From assembly GCA_964019335.1 (NCBI GenBank), contig OZ025651.1:744001-808000 (forward strand): DNA of 64,000 nt. Direction: 5' to 3'. The notes below the pieces were generated by a model that worked only from the letters and a program-made list of their open reading frames with translations, did no database searches and had not been told where the DNA came from. A program made the translations under genes and the position numbers. This DNA comes from Diplonema japonicum (lineage: Eukaryota > Protista > Euglenozoa: Diplonemea). Below are positions 34,804-46,867 of this stretch, piece by piece. Positions within the stretch are counted from its first letter, which is position 1, and each line of letters opens with the position of its first letter.

Positions 34804-36583
34804 CCCCTAAACGCCCGCGCGGACGTTTTTGTCCTTATTTCAAAATTTGCCTTTTCGCTAAGTACTTTTTTTTGAACACGGCCCCTGGACTTCAAAATAT
34901 GGCATTGTTGCGCGGTTTATTTTGTCTTGGAACTACATTTTGCGTTAAAAGTTTTGTTTTAATTGAACCCGGCAGGGTTGGCTTAAAATGAAATCAGATG
35001 GTCAAAATAGCAGCGAAAACGTGAGTCTCCCCCGACTGGAAAAAGAAGAAAAAGACGATGAGGCGGTCAAAGAGGGGCCGGAAACGATGCTTGGGTGGGA
35101 GAAATACTCCCAAAGGCCCGAAACATATCATTTCCGTAAAAAGGTGGGCTTAGGACACCTCTAGGTGAAGCGGCCAATGAGGAGGGTGTTTTTAATCTTT
35201 TTTTTTACACACGCGGTACTTGAGCTCATAGTTTCTTCCACGAACGGTCGTTTCGGTTCAAAAAAACAGCGGAATCTGAATCTTTCCATCCCAGAGTACA
35301 AAATTTGGCTTGGGTTGGTCCTGTTAATGGGTTTACGCTCGGCACCGAACATGAAGAGCTACTGGACAACAAATTCTAATTTAACCATCCGGCTTTTGAG
35401 AAAATGAGCAAACCGATTCGTTGACATACAGCGCTACCTCACCTTTGACAACCTGGAAAGCATTTGGAAGGCCTGAAACTGCACCTCATGCGCAGGTTTC
35501 TTGACATCATTGTCAACCGGTGTAGGACTGTGCGGACCCCTGGCAAGTGGTTGTCTGTTGACGACAGTGTTATCCCGACAACAATGAAAGTCATGGCACC
35601 ACGAAAAAGCAACTCGGTGGGCATCAAGGTAATCGCTACATGCGACTCATAAAACTGTTACCTGGCGAATTTCAACATTTTCAGCAAGAAGTCCACAACA
35701 CAGGACCTAGTCATGCGTACTGTCGACTCCTAAGAGTTTGCTGTCGACCCCTGACCGGCAAGACCAGCTCCAGGGGACTGGAGTTCGGCATATGAAAACC
35801 CGGAAGTGGACCATGGTCGTTTTTTATTGGGTCCTGGAAAGCTGTGTTGCCAACCCCTCCATAATCTGGAAGAAGAGCAGGGAATGTGGCAAAAATTATG
35901 GCTTCCCGAGCTTCAAAGAAGAACTTGTTGGCAAGCTTCTCACCCATGCCCCAAAAACCGATAGCACATACCCCCCGACAACACCGTCACCGACCCCCAA
36001 GCGCAAACACGCTAGCAATGAGGATTCCCTCACTCAGAAATACCCAAAACGTCTCGATTTGACCCTAAATCACACCTCCGAGACCATGATGAACGGAACG
36101 AAGGTGAGGAGGGTGCTCTGTGCTGTTCCTGGGTACGGGAAGAAGGTGCAAACGTGGTGCCCCTGTTGCAAAACCCCGTTATGCAAAACGTGTTTTTTAC
36201 CCTTGCATGCTACCCCAGCTGGAAAAAAAACTCGCAAGTTGCTTTTTTCATCCCACAGCCCCAAAAAGTCTCCAGACTGACCTCAATCCTAGAGTTCAGG
36301 GCACCAAATAGGGCTGAATGCTGCCCTATTTACCCCAGCCATAACTCCACGAACCCCCCACGACAAGACCCCCCAAAATCGGACATAAAAAGTACACCTT
36401 CAACCCCCCTCTTACACACATAGTTAAGTGTTCTCATCTGAATCTGGCACCTGGAATTGAAAATTTAGTACCGTTTACCCTTTCCTTGCACCTTCCTATG
36501 GTTGCATGCTGCCCTTTTTTTGAGTATTTAAAGCAACAACGAAAATGGGGGGGTACCGTAGATAGGCTCCGGGCGTTTAGGGG
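34804..36583 (+). mobile_element. piggyBac-superfamily DNA transposon, internally deleted and frameshifted
   Basis: Perfect 14-bp TIRs (34804-34817, 36570-36583) and 4-bp duplication TTAG (34800-34803, 36584-36587). Transposase fragments: IWLGLVLLMG..SYW, RFVDIQRYLTFDN, LSVDDS, GIKV..CDS, DQ..RKW, CxxC..PLC..CF..H. Confidence 0.92.
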
Positions 36584-36724
36584 TTAGGGGAAAAAAAAGA
36601 ATTGATGTCGTCATCATTACTCAAAAAAGAAAAATCGTTAATATTCTTCATTCCATTGTGGCAAAAAAAAACTTTTTTTAAAAAAAAAAAAAAAGAAAGA
36701 AAGAAAAAAAAACAGAAAAAAAAA

Positions 36725-36889
36725 ATGAAAATGTCCCGAGTGATGGCACGCAAGGCAGCAGGGCTCCAAGCAAGGTGGGGCCACATGGATACTTTCAAGG
36801 CAAGCGAGATGGTGGTGTCGAAATCGGAAAGGTGTGTCTTTATTTTTTTTTCAGGCGTCCTGCCACATACCGCAGGTACCCTTAAATGT

Positions 36890-36926
<37 letters not shown>

Positions 36927-37978
36927 AAAATATACCCAGGCCCGCTGAGCTCCCCCCTTTGGAAACCTTGGAATTCGGGAAAGTGTTCTCCGCGCACATG
37001 TTCCAGGTGGACTGGACAAAGGAAAACGGCTGGGAGGCACCAAGGATCGTGCCCTATGGCGACCTAAGCCTCTCACCCGCAGCATCATCGCTGCACTACG
37101 CTCTACAGTGTTTCGAGGGTCTGAAGGCCTACAGGAGGAAGGACGACAGTGTGTACCTCTTCAGACCGGACATGAACGCCAAAAGAATGAACAGATCAAC
37201 AGAAAGGCTCGAGCTCCCCACCTTCGACATCAAGGAGTTCGAGAAGTGTCTGAAACAACTCGTCGAGCTCGACAAAGAATGGATCCCTCAAGAGAAAGGG
37301 TACTCCCTGTATATTAGACCAACTGTCATCTCAACAGATGTGTGCCTTGGTGTCGCACCACCAAAGGCAGCACAACTATTCATCATCACATGCCCCGTCG
37401 GTCCTTACTACAAATCGGGTTTCAAACCTGTCTCTCTGTATGCCGACTCCGTAAATGTCAGGGCGTGGCAAGGCGGGACTGGGTCTTACAAGATTGGTGG
37501 AAACTACGCACCAACTATCAAGCCCCAGGTTGACGCTGCCAAGGATGGTTACTCGCAGATTTTGTGGCTTGGGCCCAACGAGACGGTGACTGAGGTCGGC
37601 GCTATGAATCTGATGTTTGTTTTCAAAAAGGCAGATGGGACGAAGGAGCTTGTCACGTCACCGCTTGACGGGACTGTTCTCCCTGGTGTGACCCGGGACT
37701 CCATTTTGAAGCTTGTGTCTGGTATTGAAGGGTACAGTGTGTGCGAGCGTGAGCTCCGTATGCCGGATATCCTTGAAAAGCACCGCAACAACGAGCTTCT
37801 TGAGTGTTTTGGTACTGGTACGGCAGCCATCGTCTCACCAGTCGATGCCATCAACTACAAGGGGGACAACATGAACATCCCGGTGCCCAGTGATTCGCTT
37901 GCCATGAAGGTTATGAACACGATTCAGGACATCCAGTACGGTGATGTCCCCCACGAGTGGTCGGTCCGCGTTTGTTAG
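36725..37978 (+). CDS. BCAT: Branched-chain amino acid aminotransferase, probably mitochondrial
   Basis: LHYALQCFEGLKAY, LFRPDMN, YIRP, YKIGGNYA (PLP lysine), EVGAMN, LPGVTR, FGTGTAA. Intron 36832-36939; Arg-rich N-terminal presequence. Confidence 0.93.
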
Positions 37979-38813
37979 GAGGGAAAAAAAAAAAAAAAAA
38001 AAAAACGTATCCCTGATTTTTCTTCTCTCTTTTTTTTCCCCCCCCCCTCTTCTCCCTCTCTTTTTGTGAAAAAACTTTTTTTTTTTTGGTCCAAGCTCCT
38101 TTTCTCTTTGTACACCCCGGGAGGAAAGGGGGAGAGGGGAGAGGGTTTGGAGGAAGGGGAAAAAAAAATAATAATAATAAGAGGAAGATGATTTATTTTT
38201 TTCTCTTTTTTTTTTCGTATTGTTTCGGATATCTTTTATTTTTATTTTTTCTTTTTTTGTGATTTTTTATTTAATATTTCGATGAATTTTTTGAAAGATC
38301 GAGTCTTCGACTTGGTCCAACTGACAAAAGGGGAGAACCCCGTTGGAAACTTGGTTATTGGTTAGAAACTTCTCAGGTTTCTTCCCAGGCATGTATGAAT
38401 AACGGCGAGTTCCTCTTTTTTTTGTCCCCCCCCTTTATTGTTAAAAAGAGTGGTTTTTTTTTTTTCCTCCCCAGAACTGTGAAAAAAGAAAAGAAAAAAA
38501 AAAACAAAAAAAAAAAGGAAGGAGAAAATGCCAGCAAAATTGACGTTCCCCCCCGCACACGTTTTCCTTTTTTTTATATCATGTTCAATTTATTTAAAAA
38601 AAAAAAAAAAAAGCAAAACGTTTTGTTTTTTTTCCTTTCAAAGGGAGAGGGAGAGACACAGGATTCCTCTGTACCCCCACCTGTTTTGTCCTGCTCTTTT
38701 TTTCTGCCATGCTTCCCCCCTATTCAAATCACACACACACACCCCAGAAAACCAAAAGAATACCCCCCCCCCCCCCCCCCGACATCTCAAAAAAAAAGAA
38801 AATGCAAAAATAA

Positions 38814-39824
38814 ATGTCGGAGAAGAATGTAATTTCATGTCGGTACCCTAGTAACATGAAGAAAGCTGTTGAGGAGTGCGCCACTCTGGGTTTGTTGAGA
38901 AGCTGTGTGGCTGTTGAAGTGGACCACGGGGTGGTTCTGGAGGAAACAGGTGACTGGCAAAAAATGGTACTCGCAGGCGTCCGGCTGAGCACAGGCGGCG
39001 TAAGGGGGGTGGTCCGGGCCGCTGCCAGCGTACTCCAGATCTTTCACGAAAAAGGGGAAACCCACGGTGGGATCAATCTGTCGTGTTTCTACAAAGACCC
39101 CAACGGGAAGATAGGCGTAGCACCCCCTACCAAAGGCTCCCTCCACCTCCACACGGATCTACACATGCTTGGGACGCTTTTATGCGAAGTTCTTCGCAAC
39201 TCCAGAGACATCCCATCCTCGGAAATGAACAGCACTGTTGCGGCATTGGCATCGGACAGCCCACCCACTGCAGCCGAACTACTGTCTGCTACCTCTTGGC
39301 TCCAACTTCCTCTTTCTTTGTACCATCGCTCAAACGGGGGAACGGACGGTGAAGAGACCACACCGGAGGTGTCGAGTGTCTCAATTCCGGATTCGTTTGA
39401 TGAGGGCATCCAACAGGTTCTGTCTTCCCTTCCCTCCCTCCCGTCTCTTCCCACCCTCCCCTCCACTGTCGAAGACAGCGTGTTAGATGTATCGGCTTTA
39501 ACACCAGTCTGTAGGAGGGTAGCCTCACCAGATGTGAAGGCATACTGCGGGACATTAGCGTCAGATGTGGTTCTCATTACGCGGGAGGCCGCCGTGCCTC
39601 GGCCTGTGCCTGTTGGGAGTCGCGGAAGGGTTTTAGAGAATCGATCTGTGTCGTCGCAGTGCTCGCTCTCGGCGACGTTTGAAGAGCTGGACCCGTCGTC
39701 GCCTGTGAGCTGGACGAAGAAGTCGAAGGGAAGAATGCTTGCGATGCAAAAGAAACTGGAGGAGATGGTTGAAAGATCAGACCAGGTTGGCAAAGCGTTG
39801 AAGTTAGAAAAAATATTGTCTTAG
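38814..39824 (+). CDS. Hypothetical protein with a degenerate kinase-like N-terminal region
   Basis: LQIFHEKGETHGGINLSCF resembles a decayed catalytic-loop region; Ser/Pro-rich middle and short C-terminal coiled coil. Confidence 0.5.
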   Translation: MSEKNVISCRYPSNMKKAVEECATLGLLRSCVAVEVDHGVVLEETGDWQKMVLAGVRLSTGGVRGVVRAAASVLQIFHEKGETHGGINLSCFYKDPNGKIGVAPPTKGSLHLHTDLHMLGTLLCEVLRNSRDIPSSEMNSTVAALASDSPPTAAELLSATSWLQLPLSLYHRSNGGTDGEETTPEVSSVSIPDSFDEGIQQVLSSLPSLPSLPTLPSTVEDSVLDVSALTPVCRRVASPDVKAYCGTLASDVVLITREAAVPRPVPVGSRGRVLENRSVSSQCSLSATFEELDPSSPVSWTKKSKGRMLAMQKKLEEMVERSDQVGKALKLEKILS

Positions 39825-39955
39825 AAAAAAGTGTCTGCCTCTGTGTTTTCTGCGTTAAGTGCTGTAACGAACCTACCCAGCAGGCGAATTCTACCGAGCC
39901 CGTTTACGCTTATCCTACCCTTCAGGATGGTACCCAGGCTCCTCCCGTGAGGTGG

Positions 39956-40532
39956 AGTCCTTGAAGCACAGGCATTCTGCGAACAGGACCGCAATGCAGA
40001 AACTCAGCACGAAGGTGGAAAGCCTTCTATCGACGGGCACTCCTTCCGCAAAGGCAGTGGCAGCCGCATCTCTACAACACGAAGTGACGTCGGTAATTGC
40101 AGTGAATTCATCGGAAGCAGGAGTGGAACCCGATCTGTGTTTCACGGGACCTCCTCCCTGCGTCAGCATGTTGTTGGAAACGGTTCACCACTTTGCATCT
40201 TCCATCACGATGCAGCCCCGGCATACCATGCTGTCGTTGATGCATGAGGAGAAGTCTGTCGTCGTCGAGCTTACGGCTCCTATTCTTGTTGGGGGAGGTT
40301 TTTTAGCTGGGCGGACTGAGCTGAGGCGGTGATGTCTATGTCTGAAATCGACTTGGAACCACTTCGCCAGGTTACTACGGTGAATAGTATCGGAGCATCG
40401 ACCCTACCCCTCTTTCCACTGTGGTTCGCAAGGCACTCGATAGATGAATTTTCAAAAAAAACACTTCTATTTTTTTTCTCATAGATAGAGTAATACGAAA
40501 CGTTACTGCTGCCCCAAGGATGATTTCTTTTC
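39956..40532 (+). pseudogene. Mosaic, internally deleted fragment B of the kinase-B-box-LRR family, including 3' UTR
   Basis: 39956-40253 matches 25062-25362, followed by pieces matching ~25735-25785, ~26039-26080, ~26198-26260 and the UTR motif at ~26371-26400. Confidence 0.85.
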
Positions 40533-40632
40533 TGAGTCTTCAAGGGTAGTTTTTCCCGCAGACTAAAAAAAAAAAAAAAAAAAAAAAAAAGTTACGCAAA
40601 AAAAAAAAAAAAAAAAAAAAAAAAATGCAAAA

Positions 40633-42204
40633 ATGCTGAATACGTTGTTATGGTTGTGTGCAGTACTATGCACAGGCCTGGGGTTGAACGTGAACGTGGG
40701 CCAGCTTCGGGACGATGTTAAGGAGATGTTCGATTTCAGTTACAGCGGGTACATGGAAAACGCGTTTCCTTTGGACGAGTTGAGACCGATCTCCTGCACG
40801 GGGGTGGACACCTTGGGAGGGTTTAAACTGACCCTCATAGACAGCCTGGACATGCTGCTCATCGTCGGGGAGAAGAACGAGTTCTGCAAACAAATCGATT
40901 GGCTGGGCGAAAACCTGTCCTTTGAAATCGACAAGAACATCTCCGTCTTCGAAGTCACCATCCGCGTCCTGGGCGGCCTTATCTCCTCCCACCTTCTCAT
41001 AGAACAGAACATTGTCAACTGTGATTCATACGATGGGTCGCTTCTTACAAAGGCATATGACTTAGGCCAGCGTCTTCTACCTGCATTTTCAACACCAACC
41101 GGTATACCCTATGGCACTGTGAACCTCTTACACGGAGTACCCCGAAACGAAACTACAATAACATCTCTCGCAGGAGGCGGGACAAATCTAATCGAATTCA
41201 CCGTCTTATCAATACTTACCCATGACAAGCGGTTCAGCCTTGCAGCATCCACCGCAGCCAAGGCGTTTTACGACTACCGTTCCCCGTTAAACTTACTAGG
41301 AAGCCACATCAACATTACTACCGGGCTTTGGACGCACCAGGAAGCGGGCATCGGCGGGAACACTGATAGCTACTACGAGTACTTGATCAAAAGCTATGCC
41401 CTGTTCGGGTCAGAGGGGTGTCTTGAAATGTTTTGGGGAACTTGGATGGGGATTTCCAGATTTGTTTACTCACCGCCTTGGTGGACGGAGGTCAACATGC
41501 ACAGTGGGGAAGTGATATGGCCTATTCTGAACTCGCTGACGGGGTTTTACGAGGGGGTTCTGTTCAACTCTGGGTCATACAAAGTAGCTGTAGATGCTTT
41601 GGAGGCCACCCATGCCGTTTGGAGAAAATACGGAGCGCTTCCTGAGGGATTTTCCTTCGGTGCCAACAAGGCTCACCCTCGTCAAAGCGCGTATCCTCTG
41701 CGACCCGAGCTCGCTGAATCCGTGTGGCAGTTGTACAGAGCAACAAGAGACCCTAAATATTTGGAAATGGGCGCTGATCTTGTATTCTCGATTAAAAAAA
41801 GGATGAAGGGACGGTGCGGTTACTTCGTGTTGGAGGACGTTACCACCGGTGAGCCCCGTGATGCGATGGAGAGTTTCTTCCTCTCAGAGACTTTAAAGGT
41901 TTGTGTTGGTGGTGTAAAAAAAAATTTTTTTTTTTTTGACAGTACTTATATCTTTTGTTTGATTCTGAGAATTTCATCAACACTGGGAAGTGGGTCTTTA
42001 ACACGGAGGGGCATCCTTTCCCCCTTAGCTTCGAGTTCGTAGGTGCTTTGAGCGATCTGGACGAGGCTTGCAGGAACGATATGAGTAAATCAGAACCGAT
42101 GACACAGGTAATGAAGGGGGGGGGGAAAGGGGGGAGAAAAAAAAACCAAACAGTGCCCAAGGTTTACCGAATGGGACCGTTTTACGGTGGATAATTATGG
42201 GTGA
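40633..42204 (+). CDS. ER alpha-1,2-mannosidase-like protein (GH47, EDEM2-like)
   Basis: Signal peptide, AFPLDELRP, TLIDSLD, SVFEVTIRVLGGL, DSYYEYL, YPLRPEL.ES, MESFFLSETLK|YLYLLF, FNTEGHP. Introns at 41899-41942 and 42108-42153. Confidence 0.9.
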
Positions 42205-42654
42205 TGGGGTAAAAAAGAGGGGGGGAGAGTGGAGATGGGGAAAAAGTTATACTGTAAAATCTCTTTCTTTTTTTTTTTCAACACCCCAAAAAAAAAAGGG
42301 AACACAGTTTTGCATTCTTTTTCCGGGGGGGGGGGGGGGGGGGGGCAATCTGGGAAAGGGGAAAGAAAATGAGAGAGCTCCGAGAGAAGAGAAAAAAAAA
42401 AAAAGACAGCTACACTCAAAGTAAAAGCCAAAACCTGGCTTTTCTGAATCCGAGTAAAGCAAAAAAAAAAAAGAAAAAAACCCCGCACAACTAAAAAAAG
42501 GTCATTCTTTCTTTCTTCTTCTTCTTCTTTTTTTTTTTTTTTTTTTTTTTTTAGTAGATTGTTGGCTTGAGACACCAGACTTCAAAAAAACAAACAAACA
42601 AAAAATATTATACAAAAAAGGGAAACATTTCCTTTTCATTTAAAAAAAAAAAAA

Positions 42655-44287
42655 ATGACGCAATACCAGCAACACCCCGTAGCGAACACAGTGGACGGTT
42701 CCTCAGACGAGTCGTGCGGCCCCAGCACACCGCCAATGTCGACTTACAGCGACAGTGAAAAAGGAGACACCGGCCTTGGAGGATCATGGTGCCCAAGGTA
42801 CTCCCAGACAGGCAAGAGCGGAGAAATAACAGTAGTCACCCCATGGTACCCGTACGGTGCTGATAAAGGGTCTCTGTGGCTTGGTCAGGAGGTCGATGAC
42901 TTCGTGACATTCATGAAGCTTGACAAATCTGAACGAGCTGCCTTATCTGGCTCCCGGAGGATCATACAAGACATTGTCAAATCCATTTGGGCCGACGCCA
43001 CTGTAAAGGAATCAGGCCCGCAGGCATTGGGCACAGCGCTACCAGGATCAGCGGTCTTCCTGGTGGTGGAGCTTTGCGAAGGAGGGTCTGATAATTTCAT
43101 GTACTTTAAAGAGCTTCTTCTAGCAAGGGGTTACACCATCGAGGCTGAGTCCCCCAATACTATCACTCTGTCCGGTAACGGTGTTGCTACCCAACTTACA
43201 GTTTTGTTTGAAGACTTTGAACTATCGGGGACGGCTCGTAAGGAGGTCCACCAGCTTCGTAAGATACTGTCGTTGGTGCCGAGTGCGGCGAAGATCGCGA
43301 AGGTGATCGAGACAGTTTTGCTGCAAATGAAATACACCAACCCGCTTTTAGGAGGTGTTTCACCCCAAGCGCTGTTGGTCATGTGCATCGTTGCCTGCAG
43401 GGCCTGCCCCAACCCGAACGACCTCGGGGCTTGCCTGAAGTTCTTCTTCCAGTTTTACTCGAACTTTGATTTCTCCTCCGTGACGCTCACACCGTTTGTT
43501 CAGTCGGTTGTTCCTAGAATTCTCGTGGAAGGTCACCAAGGGTGCCAGGTGTCTATCATCGGAACCGATACGCTGGGGTGCAACCTTGCCCTTGATTGCT
43601 TCAGAATGCCGCAGATAAAGGCACACTTTTTGGTATGTTTTTTTTTTTTTTTTTTTTGGAGGGAGGGGAACTGTTTTTTTAGGCGATCCTGTCACATACT
43701 GCAGGTTCCCTTCAAAGACATCTTTTTCTTCTTCTTGTCCTTGTCCTTGGATCTTCTTCGCCACCACACAGCGTGTGCTTGAGCATGTCGTTCTCGTGTT
43801 GTCATTCGGGCAAAGTACGCCCGAAGCATTGAGTAAGATCCATCAAGGTGGCATAGGCCTCTTGCACGGTTCGAAGACGTGGTCCTTCGGGTGGTCGTAT
43901 CTCTCTCATTATGACAGCAAGCAACGCATTTATCATAATGATCGAGATCGGGCAACCTCGTAGAATCTCGTTGATAGTCTCCAACTCCCTGCGAACCCCT
44001 GTCGCATTTCTAGACCTTTTTTTTTTGAGGCCGTCGTGCATGCCCCTGAGTGCCCTCAAGATGTTAACGGGAAAAAAAAGGGGATAGGAAAAAAAAAAAA
44101 AAAAAAAAAAAAAAAACAGTATTCTGCGATGGCGTTGAAGAAATGGGACGGCAGCCAGCCTGTTGCAGCGGGGCACAAGAAGGGATACAAAGGTCGGACG
44201 CCCCTGTCTCTCATTGTTCCTCTGCAGCCGTTGTGGGCTCGGGCAGAGGCTGCGCTCGGGTCGGGTGTCGTGAGAAAGTTTCAGTAA
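42655..44287 (+). CDS. TRF4/PAPD5-like non-canonical poly(A) polymerase homolog, predicted catalytically inactive
   Basis: LGQEVDDFV..E..RIIQDIVKSIW.DATV..GP..LPGS, GGVS..L..M, DLG..L..FFQFYSNFDF. Intron 43633-44119 joins QIKAHFL to YSAMALKKW..GRTPLS. Confidence 0.72.
43850..44070 (-). mobile_element. Degenerate non-LTR retrotransposon reverse-transcriptase fragment inside an intron
   Basis: ILRALRGMH..GV..TINEILRGCPISIIMINALL resembles the LINE RT motif NGxxQGCPLSxxxxN; no YxDD survives. Confidence 0.55.
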
Positions 44288-44843
44288 AAAAAAAAAAAAA
44301 GAAAAAAAAAAAAAAAAAAAAAAAAAAAACTTTGTTTTCTGGTTTGGTTCATTCTGGTTTTTTTTACCTCCCTAAAAGACACACGCCCACCTCTGTGTGC
44401 GTTCAATGCAATATCCCCTCCCCCCTCTAAAGTCCACACATATGCTGCCCTCTTTTTTCACTTTTTTCCCTCCCGTTCTTTTTTTTTTCCAATCCATATT
44501 TCTTTTTGAATATCTTTTCTTTTTTTTTTCTTCTTCTCTCTTTTTCTTTTCCTCTCCCCTCCCAGTGGGTGTTCCTGAAGAAGGGGGTAAGGATGAATCC
44601 GTGTTTTTCTTTTTCTTTTTACCTTTTCCTGATTAATTCCCTCCCCAATGTTAATTATTCCCACACACTGAAGAAGAGTTAGGGGGAAGCGGTGGTATGA
44701 GAAAGTGTTTGTGGAGGAACAAAAAAAAAAGATACTTAGATCTCGACCACGTTAGTTTTTATTTTTTGTGCTTCACTTGGCTCCCCAGCCTGTCACTTAC
44801 CAATTAAAGCTAGGTGCAGTATGGGCGTGTCAACCCGAGGAGG

Positions 44844-44880
<37 letters not shown>

Positions 44881-45028
44881 GTGGTTTGCTAGTTTTTTTT
44901 GTCTTGTTCCTTCTCTTTCTTATTCTCCTGCCGTCGGTCTCTCTTTGTCTTCTTCTTTCTTTTTTTTATTCTTTTTCACGGTTCCCTCCTTCCTTCTGGC
45001 TTCTTCGGGCCTTCACTGGGCGGGGTTG

Positions 45029-45080
<52 letters not shown>

Positions 45081-45834
45081 TTTTAAAGCTCTCTTCTTCT
45101 TTTCTCTTCTTCCGCATAATAAGGAAGATGGAAAAGGAGAAGGGGTCTTTTCAAAGAGAGGGAAAAAAAAAAATGCAAACGAGTATTTAAAAAAAAAAAG
45201 GAGGAAGAAAACAAAAAAAAGAACAGAAGGGGGTGGAGAGATAACAGCTGAAAAGAAAAAAAAAGTGTGTAGCGGTGGTGAGTGGACAAAAAAAAAAAGA
45301 ACATTCCCTCCTTTTTTTTCCCCATATTTACACAAAGGCCCGTCACCCCCCCCCCCCCCCCCCGCTGTTCCACAAAAGTACGTTCTTTCAGAATAAGGAG
45401 GAGATGGAAGGAATGCAGTCTTAAAAAAACTCCCCCCACTTTGTGTTCAATATCTTAAATTAAATTTCACCCCCCCCCCCCCGTCTCGTTCTTTTCCCCC
45501 TTTTTTTTTTAGCTCCATAATGGAGGGGTTCTACAACCCCCGGGAGTATTCGTGTGAAGAAAAAAAACTTGTGCCAAATAAAAAAAAAAGAAAAAGAAAA
45601 ATTCGAGTCAGGGCATGCAGGTTTGAGTTTAGTGAATAGCAAGCTGTAGGGCTTTTTTTTTTTTTTTTTTTTTTTTACTTTTTTTTTCTTTTTTAAATGG
45701 GCGGGAGTTGCTAAATTTATTCCCTTTTTTGGGACGAAAGCAATGCTCCAGAAGGGGAGTATAAATAGATAGCCGCCTCCCCCCACCCACCCACCCAAGG
45801 GCGGCCCTCCATGAGGGGGTGTGTCCTGCACCTT

Positions 45835-45886
<52 letters not shown>

Positions 45887-46867
45887 GTAGTACCATTTTG
45901 ATTAAAACAAGATGATTTTTTGTTTTCTCTTAAGTGGCACCACGTACGACTTTGACTGCTTCTTTTTTTCTGTTTTTTTTTTCTTTCTTTCTTTTTTCCC
46001 CTCGCCCGTATTTTATATTTAATGTGGTTTAATCCTGTGTGACGAGTATTTACAAAATCTCTCAATCCCCTCCCCTCTCCCCATTTGCAAATGAGGAAAG
46101 GAAAAAAAAAAAAAAAAAAAAAAAAAAAACGTCCACCTCCCCAAAGAAGGGAAAGAATTATTTGTAGGCGCCATTATCTGGCGTCTTTTTTTTTTTTTTT
46201 TTTTTTTTTTATTTATTGTGTTTCGTCACTCACAAGGTCAAGAATGGTTAAGACGTAATTTCTTTTCATGCTGAGGGCTCCTTGTATTCACACTCTTTTC
46301 ATGAGTTAGACAAGAAAAACAAAACAAAACAAAAAGCAGGCTCCCGTGTGAGTGACGAAAAATGACAAAGGGGGAGAAAAGGGGAAATTTGGTCCCCTTT
46401 TTTTAACTCTTATTCTCCACTCAAAGGAGAAAAAAAAAAGAAGAAGAAGAAAAAGCAAGAGGAGAAAAACTGTTTTTTTTTATCTTCCATCTTTCCAACT
46501 CTTGTACAATTTCTCCATTCACGCTCTTGCATCTGCTTAAAGCTGCGTCATCCCTTCCCCCCCCCTTTTTTTCTTTCCTCCCCCCTCTCCCCCCTTTTTT
46601 GAAATCCGACGTTATAAGAAAAACTGTTTTTTTTTCTACTTTTCTTGATTCACTCTCATACCTTTCCTCTTCTCCCTCCCCCCTCTCCTTCCCCTTGCTT
46701 GCAAGCGTCTGTAAAAGCATTTTTTTTCCCTTCATATTCTTTTTTTTTTTTTTTTTTTACTTTTTACGAATCCCTCCCCCATCTCCCCTCAAAAAAAAAG
46801 GTGGGAAGTGGTGGTGTTGGAGGGGAGTGGGTGGGTCGGGGGGGGTACGGGGAGGGCCTCCCCTTGA

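Noticed and set aside
36577-36590. Interstitial telomere
   Set aside because: Only two TTAGGGG units, explained by the TIR plus target duplication.
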